From the NCBI RefSeq assembly GCF_008065095.1, contig NZ_CP042911.1, forward strand, positions 2,730,001 through 2,762,000: a stretch of DNA of 32,000 nucleotides, in the 5' to 3' direction. Positions 16,188-22,515 of this stretch are shown here, one piece after another. Origin of the DNA: Gemmata obscuriglobus. Its GTDB lineage: Bacteria > Planctomycetota > Planctomycetia > Gemmatales > Gemmataceae. Numbering within the stretch: position 1 is the stretch's first letter; every line of letters starts with the position of its first letter. The translations under genes and the position numbers were made by a program. The notes beneath the pieces were generated by a model. It worked only from the letters and a program-made list of their open reading frames with translations. It was not told the origin of the DNA and searched no databases.

Positions 16188-16640
16188 ATGAAGAAGAGCC
16201 ACCTGATTGCCATTTGTGCCGCGGCAATCGTCGCATGCGGGATCAGCCTCGCGCAACAACCGAATACGACGCCCCCTGCGCCTCACCCGGGCATCCCGGC
16301 GACAAACACTCTTCCTCCCCCTCGCTATACTCCTCGCTACGATCTGGCCTCACCTCCCGGGCGGGACACAGTAACGCCGTATGCTCCCGCAGGGCTTCCG
16401 AACGAAGAAGTGAAGCCGGAAGACTTGTCCATCGAACAGTTGATTGAGGCGATGGAGAAGACGCGGGCCGAAATCGTCGAGCGGGAGAAGAAGAACCAAG
16501 CGCGCCTGAAGGTCCTTCAGGATAAAGTTGGCAAGGTGAAGACGCGCATGGACACGTTCACCGGAAACCCGCAGCCAGTCGTTGTGCCTGAGATTGTCCC
16601 CCCAGAGTTGCCCACAAGCCCACTGCGGATAATTCGGTAG
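16188..16640 (+). CDS. Secreted proline-rich / coiled-coil protein encoded opposite to the head module (moron)
   Basis: ATG at 16188. MKKSHLIAICAAAIVACGISLAQQ looks like a signal peptide. A P-rich segment follows, then the charged helix EDLSIEQLIEAMEKTRAEIVEREKKNQARLKVLQDKVGKVKTRM. The gene has its own hairpin terminator. Confidence 0.7.
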   Translation: MKKSHLIAICAAAIVACGISLAQQPNTTPPAPHPGIPATNTLPPPRYTPRYDLASPPGRDTVTPYAPAGLPNEEVKPEDLSIEQLIEAMEKTRAEIVEREKKNQARLKVLQDKVGKVKTRMDTFTGNPQPVVVPEIVPPELPTSPLRIIR

Positions 16641-16662
16641 TAAACCAGCTTTGTTAGCAGGA

Positions 16663-16710
16663 AAGAGCCGGATGGCCTAATGCGCGGGCGCCATCCGGCT
16701 CTTCATTTTC
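16663..16710. terminator. Hairpin terminator between the convergent genes 16188..16640(+) and 16718..17356(-)
   Basis: aagagccggatggc (16663-16676) pairs with gccatccggctctt (16690-16703). The hairpin is followed by cattttc. Confidence 0.65.
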
Positions 16711-16717
16711 ACTCATA

Positions 16718-17356
16718 TCACAGCAGGTCCGGGAACGCGGCGTTGACGGTAGCCGCGTCGGTATGCCCGTCGTGGATCAGCTCGCGGGCGAACTCGGCGA
16801 ACCCGTCTCGGTCGGCCAGTGACACCGGCACCCGGCCGTTGAACGGGCTGAACGTGTTGCTCCCTACCCCGCGCGTCTGGATGTCCTCAACCACGAGCCG
16901 GAACGCCTCGATCCGTTTCACCGCGTCGAGCCAGTCGCGCACCGCGGCCCGCACGCCGGGCAAGAACACCTCTTCGCGAACTACCGCCGTCAGTTCACGG
17001 GTCGCCGTCTCGCGGGCCTTGCGGACGTCGTCGGCCACCAGCTCGACGGCCTGGGCGGTCACCCGCTCGGTACGCCGCGCCTCGCGTAGCTTGGTGATGC
17101 CGTCGGTGGACTGCCCGCGGGCCAACAGCTTCGCTTCCAGCTCTTCATCCGACTCGCCGGACTTGGCGCCCAGCTCGCGTTCGAGCTGCACACGGGTGCG
17201 GCGGGCGGTGGCCAACTGCTCGCGCAGCGCGTCGTGACGACTTACCGCGGCAACAACCGCCGGATGGTTTTCCAGGCTGGGAATCTCGAACCCCTTCGGC
17301 TCGCTCGGAGCGGTCGCGGTGCGCGGTTCGGCCACGGGTGCGTTCTTCTTGCTCAT
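16718..17356 (-). CDS. Alpha-helical/coiled-coil protein between the protease and capsid genes (possible scaffold or accessory head protein)
   Basis: 212 aa. ATG at 17356 has AGGTGA upstream. It contains long charged helices (RHDALREQLATARRTRVQLERELGAKSGESDEELEAKLLARG...). Assignment is by position in the head module, and no specific motif was recognised. Confidence 0.55.
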   Translation of the reverse strand: MSKKNAPVAEPRTATAPSEPKGFEIPSLENHPAVVAAVSRHDALREQLATARRTRVQLERELGAKSGESDEELEAKLLARGQSTDGITKLREARRTERVTAQAVELVADDVRKARETATRELTAVVREEVFLPGVRAAVRDWLDAVKRIEAFRLVVEDIQTRGVGSNTFSPFNGRVPVSLADRDGFAEFARELIHDGHTDAATVNAAFPDLL

Positions 17357-17440
17357 GTGGTCACCTGGGTGAAGGACGGGGCGGGAACACTTGGTGGAAA
17401 ATTGCCACCAAGTGTTCTTTCGGGAATGGGGTGCGGCGTG

Positions 17441-18049
17441 TCAGTTGGCCATCGCCAGCATGACTTCGACGGCGCGGGCGCGGGCCTTAACCGCGGCGTG
17501 GCTGATGCCGCTCCGGGACTTGATCCACTCGTTTACTTCGGCCCGCACGCCCGTGTCGGTGGCCGTGTACGCGGGGAACGTGACCGGCCCAACGTCGTAC
17601 AGCTCGACCGCGTTCCGCTCCACGATGTACAGCCCGTCCACGTCGCGGTAGGTGTTCGAGACCGGGCGGAACATGAACGAGCTGCCCGTCACGTCCCCGC
17701 GGCGGATCGACTCGACGACATCCCGGCCCGCGGTCGTGTCAGGCGGGTCGATTTCGTACTTGAGCCCGCGCTGATCGGTCCACACGCGCAGGGTGCCGGC
17801 CCGCACGCGGCCAAGGATGTTGTCGTCGCGGTGGTTGAACAGGGCGCGCACGTCGCCCTCGCGAAGGGTCTTGTCGAAGGCGCCGGGCATGATCCGCTCA
17901 ACCATGTCCTCGAACATGCGGTATTCGGTCCCGGGGTCGGCCGGGTTGTAGAACACCGCGGCGTAACCGGTGATGACCGGCTTGCCGCCGCGGGTGTGCA
18001 GGTCGACCGGGAGCCCGCGCGCGTTGCGGGTGTAGAGGGGGTTCGGCAT
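17441..18049 (-). CDS. HK97-family prohead serine protease (peptidase S78)
   Basis: ATG at 18049 has GAGGTG upstream. ITGYAAVFYNP...ERIMPGAFDKTL..GDVRALFNHRDDNILGRV...WTDQRGLKYEIDPPDTTAGRDVVESIRRGDVTGSSFMF matches the conserved His and Ser blocks of prohead proteases. Confidence 0.9.
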   Translation of the reverse strand: MPNPLYTRNARGLPVDLHTRGGKPVITGYAAVFYNPADPGTEYRMFEDMVERIMPGAFDKTLREGDVRALFNHRDDNILGRVRAGTLRVWTDQRGLKYEIDPPDTTAGRDVVESIRRGDVTGSSFMFRPVSNTYRDVDGLYIVERNAVELYDVGPVTFPAYTATDTGVRAEVNEWIKSRSGISHAAVKARARAVEVMLAMAN

Positions 18050-18219
18050 CGTTCACCTCGGAAGTGGAGCAGGTGAACGGGATTCTTGGACGTCAGGTGA
18101 TTGTCCGGCCCGATGGTGCAGTGAGGACTAGCTGACCACGTTTTTCGTGGAGCCATTGACAAGATTGGGCGGCTAGCTGACACTTGGTGCTTAGACTTGC
18201 AGGAAATAAACACTTTTGG

Positions 18220-18259
18220 GCGCGTCCTGCTCGGGCAGCAGGGACGCGCGAACTTTTTT
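18220..18259 (+). terminator. Plus-strand intrinsic terminator-like hairpin with a T6 tract, upstream of the AbiV-like gene
   Basis: gcgcgtcc (18220-18227) pairs with ggacgcgc (18242-18249), and tgct pairs with agca inside, with one bulge. The hairpin is followed by gaactttttt. No annotated plus-strand gene lies upstream of it. Confidence 0.5.
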
Positions 18260-18315
18260 GCAGTCCTCAAGGTCACTTCTATTCAGGGGCCAAAGTTTGC
18301 AGCAGGGGAGAAGCA

Positions 18316-18978
18316 ATGAGTCCGCTAACGCCTGCCCAGATAAAAGATGGGATGATAAAGATACAAAGCAATTCTCGAGAATTAATCGAGGACGCTCGCG
18401 TTCTATTCGCAGCAAATCGCTTTGTTCGATCTTTCACCCTAGCCCATCTTGCGAGCGAAGAGCTAGCCAAGATCGGGATGCTATTTAGGGCTGGAATATT
18501 CACGATATGTGGAATTCCAGTTGACTGGAAATCGTTGCGCAAAAGGCTTGCAAATCACAAGAACAAGTTAAGGCTAGAGTCGCTATGGGGGATTTCGCAG
18601 CTTGAGCAATTCAGGAAAATGACGGGCAAAGACTTTGCAAATATGATTGAGAAAACATGCTTGCACAGAAACGAAATGAAGAATGCAAGCATTTATGTTT
18701 CAATTGATGGAAATCAATTTGTTGATCCTAAAGAGGTTATCACGCGCGAGAATGCGGAACGCGCAATCAAGCTTGCGGAGCGCTCCTTTACGGAAACGGG
18801 TGAAGTAATTGAATCGTATGCGTCCACACTCTCGAAGCCAGAAAGCGTTGCCCAAGAGATTTACTCAGACTACCATCGATTAATGCAACAAAGCCCTCAG
18901 GAAATGCTCGAATGCATGCGCGAAATGCAACATGCACTCGGCGAACTCATACGAACAAAGTCGGACAAGATGTCATAG
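18316..18978 (+). CDS. AbiV-like (HEPN-type) abortive-infection protein
   Basis: ATG at 18316 has GGGGAG upstream. ELIEDARVLFAANRFVRSFTLAHLASEELAKIGMLF and LANHKNKL resemble the AbiV-family signature. The gene is AT-rich: my hand count for 18661-18720 is 18/60 G+C. Confidence 0.6.
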   Translation: MSPLTPAQIKDGMIKIQSNSRELIEDARVLFAANRFVRSFTLAHLASEELAKIGMLFRAGIFTICGIPVDWKSLRKRLANHKNKLRLESLWGISQLEQFRKMTGKDFANMIEKTCLHRNEMKNASIYVSIDGNQFVDPKEVITRENAERAIKLAERSFTETGEVIESYASTLSKPESVAQEIYSDYHRLMQQSPQEMLECMREMQHALGELIRTKSDKMS

Positions 18979-19194
18979 CTACTTAGCCAGTAGTGCAATT
19001 ATCTCATCCCGCATTTCCTTTGGAAGAGTCGGCCACCGCGCCACGAGTCGGGCTAAATCGGTGTCCGTTCGGAGTTGTGTAAGCAGGAGTGCAATCTTCT
19101 CCATGTAACGGTCGCAAAAGCTTTCGGGACAGGGCTTTTGCGATGTCACCACATCTCTTTCGAAAAGTACGGTTCCTCTCGTTTTCGAGTTCAT
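18979..19194 (-). CDS. Small protein translationally coupled to the integrase
   Basis: Its ATG at 19192-19194 overlaps the integrase TGA at 19191-19193 as ATGA. The C-terminal motif is LARLVARWPTLPKEMRDEIIALLAK. Its stop codon directly abuts the stop of the convergent AbiV-like gene. Confidence 0.5.
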   Translation of the reverse strand: MNSKTRGTVLFERDVVTSQKPCPESFCDRYMEKIALLLTQLRTDTDLARLVARWPTLPKEMRDEIIALLAK

Positions 19195-20546
19195 CCGGTT
19201 TCACGTGCAATTCGCTTTCGCACTGCGCTTTGCGGGTCAACGTAAATGGTGCGGGCCACTTCTTCCGAGTCCCCGATGACCGCCGCCGCCGCCGAGTTGC
19301 TTTCGTAGATCCTCATGACCTCGGTGGCGCGCGAGTGCCGGAGCTGGTGCGGCGTCCACGGCTTCACTCCGGCCCGCTTGCAGGCGTCCTTGACCCGGTT
19401 CCCGTAAGTGCCGCGTCGAATCGGTGTCGGCGGATCGGAACCGACAGCCGGGTAAATGAACACGAGGTCGGTGGCCGACTTGCCTTCGAGCAGGGGCGCG
19501 AGGATCGCTTGCGCCTTCGGGCCGATGAAGTACTCGAGTTCCTGTTCGCGGTGCTCGTTCTTGTGCGTGTCCGGGACGTAGCGCCAGACGTCTTCGGTGC
19601 GGTCCAGGTCGCCGGCCCGCATCGACACGAGGTCTTCCGGTCGGCCACCGAGCCACCAGTGAACACGCACGAGCGCTTCGAGAACAGCCCGGCACGCTTC
19701 GTTCTGGTGCAGGTGCGGGAACACGGCTTCGACGTTGGCCCACGGTGCCGCGGTCTTCTTTGGTGTCTCACGGGCTTGACTCTTCCCCTTGATGAGACGC
19801 CCCACGGCCTTCAACTCATGCCACACGTTGGCGGGTACGAGCTTCCGTCCCACGCCCCAACCGAACATGTGGACGATTCGCGACTGGTAGCCGTTGATCG
19901 TGCTGCGTGCCAGTCCCTGCGAGGCCGGCTTACCGTTCCGCTTGGGGCGAGCCTCGATCATCGCCCGACGCACGGCCCGGAGCTGATCCGGACCGAATTC
20001 ATCGACCGTCAGTCCCGAGTGTGATTCGAGCAGGTAGGCCACCGCCGCACGCTGGGCGTGAATTTCCGACGTGAGCTTACCGTGCTTTCGATACCCGCCT
20101 TCGCCGTCGTCACCCTGTTCGCAGTATTCGAGCCATTGTTCGGCCAGCTCGCACACGAGAAGCGTTTCGCCCAACGGCACCGGGGACTTCTTCACGAGCT
20201 GGGTGGCCCACTCCAACTGAAACCGTGCGTAAGCCTGTTGCGCCTCTTCAGAGCCCCATTTCCCGAAGTAGCGAACGTTCCGCTTGTTCCCCATTTGCCA
20301 TTCGCAGTGAGCCTGCCCGGTGGCTTTGTGGGGCTTCATGCGAGGGCAGGGGCGGACCGACGCGACCGCGGGCTTGGAAGTCGGACGGAACCGGCGGTCG
20401 GGTTTCGTGCTGACGGCGTCGGCCACCGACCACCCGAGTTTGATTCGGGCGTTAATGGTCGTGACCGGCACCCCGTGCCGTTTTGACCACTCTTTGAGGG
20501 TGAGCGATTCAGCACCAACTGTGTACAGTTTCGGCGGGTTGGGCAT
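19191..20546 (-). CDS. int: Tyrosine-type site-specific integrase
   Basis: 451 aa. It has GGRPEDL (catalytic Arg block), HQLRHSRAT (H-x-x-R) and a downstream Tyr in ARTIYVD. It lies next to the tRNA-Pro att site. ORF 19089..20024(+) is a shadow frame. Confidence 0.9.
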   Translation of the reverse strand: MPNPPKLYTVGAESLTLKEWSKRHGVPVTTINARIKLGWSVADAVSTKPDRRFRPTSKPAVASVRPCPRMKPHKATGQAHCEWQMGNKRNVRYFGKWGSEEAQQAYARFQLEWATQLVKKSPVPLGETLLVCELAEQWLEYCEQGDDGEGGYRKHGKLTSEIHAQRAAVAYLLESHSGLTVDEFGPDQLRAVRRAMIEARPKRNGKPASQGLARSTINGYQSRIVHMFGWGVGRKLVPANVWHELKAVGRLIKGKSQARETPKKTAAPWANVEAVFPHLHQNEACRAVLEALVRVHWWLGGRPEDLVSMRAGDLDRTEDVWRYVPDTHKNEHREQELEYFIGPKAQAILAPLLEGKSATDLVFIYPAVGSDPPTPIRRGTYGNRVKDACKRAGVKPWTPHQLRHSRATEVMRIYESNSAAAAVIGDSEEVARTIYVDPQSAVRKRIARETG

Positions 20547-20624
20547 GACGCATTCTCGGGGTTGTGAGTTCCGAGATTACATCGGCAGGGTTTAGCGTTG
20601 CAGGGGAGTAGGCGAAAAAACGAC

Positions 20625-20643
20625 CCCCGTAGACTACGGGACT
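20625..20643. repeat. Near-palindromic motif CCCCGTAGACTACGGGACT, end-proximal copy 2 (partner at 3696-3714)
   Basis: It lies between the integrase start and attR and matches the attL-proximal copy at 18 of 19 positions. Confidence 0.6.
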
Positions 20644-20667
20644 TCTTGCACAAAACAGGGTAGGGTC

Positions 20668-20705
20668 AAAAAACGACAAAACCCCGGTTTTCACCAGGGT
20701 TTTGT
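20668..20705 (-). terminator. Intrinsic terminator for tRNA-Pro, supplied by element DNA
   Basis: On the minus strand, acaaaaccc pairs with gggttttgt (20676-20684 with 20697-20705). The hairpin is followed by cgtttttt (plus-strand aaaaaacg at 20668-20675). Confidence 0.55.
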
Positions 20706-20718
20706 GGGGTTCTAACAT

Positions 20719-20794
<76 letters not shown>

Positions 20795-21016
20795 AAACCA
20801 TCCAACTCTTGCTTTGTAACACCCGGAAGGCCGAACGGCAACGGGTGGCCTCCGAACCGGTCACACTGGCTGTATCACCCGGCGCCCCGTGAACCGAATC
20901 GCTGCTCCCTTGCAACCCGCGTATCGGCCGGTTAGCCTGAAAGAATCGGCCAACAGAAACTCGCTCGGCGCCGTTTTAAATACTAGCCCAACCCATTTCA
21001 TGGTTCGGGGAAACCG

Positions 21017-22450
21017 ATGACCCTCGCTCGCTGCATCTCCTGGACGCTGCTCGCCGGCGCTGGGTTCGCGCTGTTCGCCGGTCCCGCTGCGGGGCAGGCC
21101 CCCCCGCTCCCCAGAAAGGACAACTCCGCCGTTGAGAAGGTGGTCGGGTATCGCGACGCCTTGAAAGGGATTCCGGCGGACGGCTTGAACGAGGCGAAAG
21201 AGAACTTCGCCAAGTTCGCCAAGTACTATGCCGATGTGGTCGCGCACCCCTCCGTCTACAAAACCCCGCAAGAGTTCAAGCTCGACGCGCCCGGGACGCT
21301 GCACCTGTCCATCGACGGGCCGAACGGCATCCTCCAGGATATCGCCCGCTTCACGCTCGAAGCGGCCCCGGGGGCGAGCCGGCCCACGCCCGAGCACGCG
21401 GTTTACATTCGCGAACTCGGTGCCGCGCTCGACGCCGCGTTCAAAGAGCTGATCGAAAAGCACCCGGACCCGATCGTCCGCGTGAACGCGGCTCGCGTGC
21501 TCTCGGTCGTGTGCCGTTCCGGTTCGTCCGCCCACTACCCGACGCTCACCGGACTGATCGCCAACGCGAACACCCGTACCGAGATCAAGTATTATGCGCT
21601 CCAGGGGGCCGCGAACCTTCTGGCGGCGTACGACGCGGACTGGATCAAGACGCGCAACCACGTCGCCCAGACCGAGGAGCCCAACCTCGTCGGTGAACTG
21701 GTTAAAGTGCTGGACGCCGGCGTGAACGACCCGGCGCGGCTCGTCGCGGGCCTCCCGGAAAACAAAGTTACCAAGGCGACCGAGGAGCAGTTGGCGGTCG
21801 TTGCGCTGGTCCGCCGCCAGGGCATCAAGGCACTCGCGCAGTTCCGGTACGTCAGCTCGACCGACGGGAGCGGGCAGGTGATTTACCCCGTTCACACGCT
21901 CGCGCGGATCGCGCTTTCGGACCCGGCGCTGGTCCCGGCGCCTGGGCCGGCGGACGCCGCCGAAGCGGTCATCGGCATCTGCAACATGGCCCCCGTACAG
22001 GTCAAAGGGGTGCGCGTCACCCCTCTGAAGTACAACGCCGACGCCGCTCTCGAAGCCGTGACCGCCGGCCTGATCACCTTTGCCAGCCCGCGCGCCGCCG
22101 ACGCGTTCGACCGGCGGTTGCCCTGGCGCACGTACTCGCTGCGGATCGCGATCGCCGTCCGCAACTGGCGCCCGCTGTTCGATCCCGATTTCGACGTGAC
22201 CAAGCCGAGCGCGTTCGACGCCGGGCGGGTACCGGCCGCCGTGGAAGACTTCTACAAGGACACGATCCCGAAAGTGCTCGCTCCCATGGACCGCGTCGAC
22301 AATTCTGGCAAGCCCGACATCGGGGCCAAGGTGGACATTGAGGGGCTCCGCAGCCGGCTCACCGCCCTGCGCGCGAACCCGAAGCGCAGCACGACGCTGC
22401 TGGCGGGCGTCGCCGCAACCAGCATCGAGTTCGGGCCGGCGCCCAAGTGA
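21017..22450 (+). CDS. Secreted hypothetical protein, possibly with HEAT/ARM-like helical repeats
   Basis: 477 aa. MTLARCISWTLLAGAGFALFAGPAAGQ looks like a signal peptide. The composition is helical and ordinary. The 568-aa antisense ORF 20861..22567 is an R/G/P-rich shadow frame. Confidence 0.8.
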   Translation: MTLARCISWTLLAGAGFALFAGPAAGQAPPLPRKDNSAVEKVVGYRDALKGIPADGLNEAKENFAKFAKYYADVVAHPSVYKTPQEFKLDAPGTLHLSIDGPNGILQDIARFTLEAAPGASRPTPEHAVYIRELGAALDAAFKELIEKHPDPIVRVNAARVLSVVCRSGSSAHYPTLTGLIANANTRTEIKYYALQGAANLLAAYDADWIKTRNHVAQTEEPNLVGELVKVLDAGVNDPARLVAGLPENKVTKATEEQLAVVALVRRQGIKALAQFRYVSSTDGSGQVIYPVHTLARIALSDPALVPAPGPADAAEAVIGICNMAPVQVKGVRVTPLKYNADAALEAVTAGLITFASPRAADAFDRRLPWRTYSLRIAIAVRNWRPLFDPDFDVTKPSAFDAGRVPAAVEDFYKDTIPKVLAPMDRVDNSGKPDIGAKVDIEGLRSRLTALRANPKRSTTLLAGVAATSIEFGPAPK

Positions 22451-22515
22451 CGGTTCGCCCGCGGGCGCCCCGGCTGGCGAGGCCGACCCCACAGGTTTCC
22501 GATGGAGAGGATCGA

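Noticed and set aside
14523-18049. Encapsulin nanocompartment interpretation of the HK97-fold protein
   Set aside because: The capsid protein has a long coiled-coil delta-like N-terminus and is paired with an S78 prohead protease inside an int/att-bounded element. No cargo-type enzyme with a targeting peptide is adjacent.
17234-18276. ORFs 17234..18076(+) and 17689..18276(-) as candidates for a missing portal or terminase fragment
   Set aside because: Both overlap the prohead protease gene in other frames or on the other strand. Their compositions are G/R/A/P-biased and they carry no ATPase or portal-like motifs.
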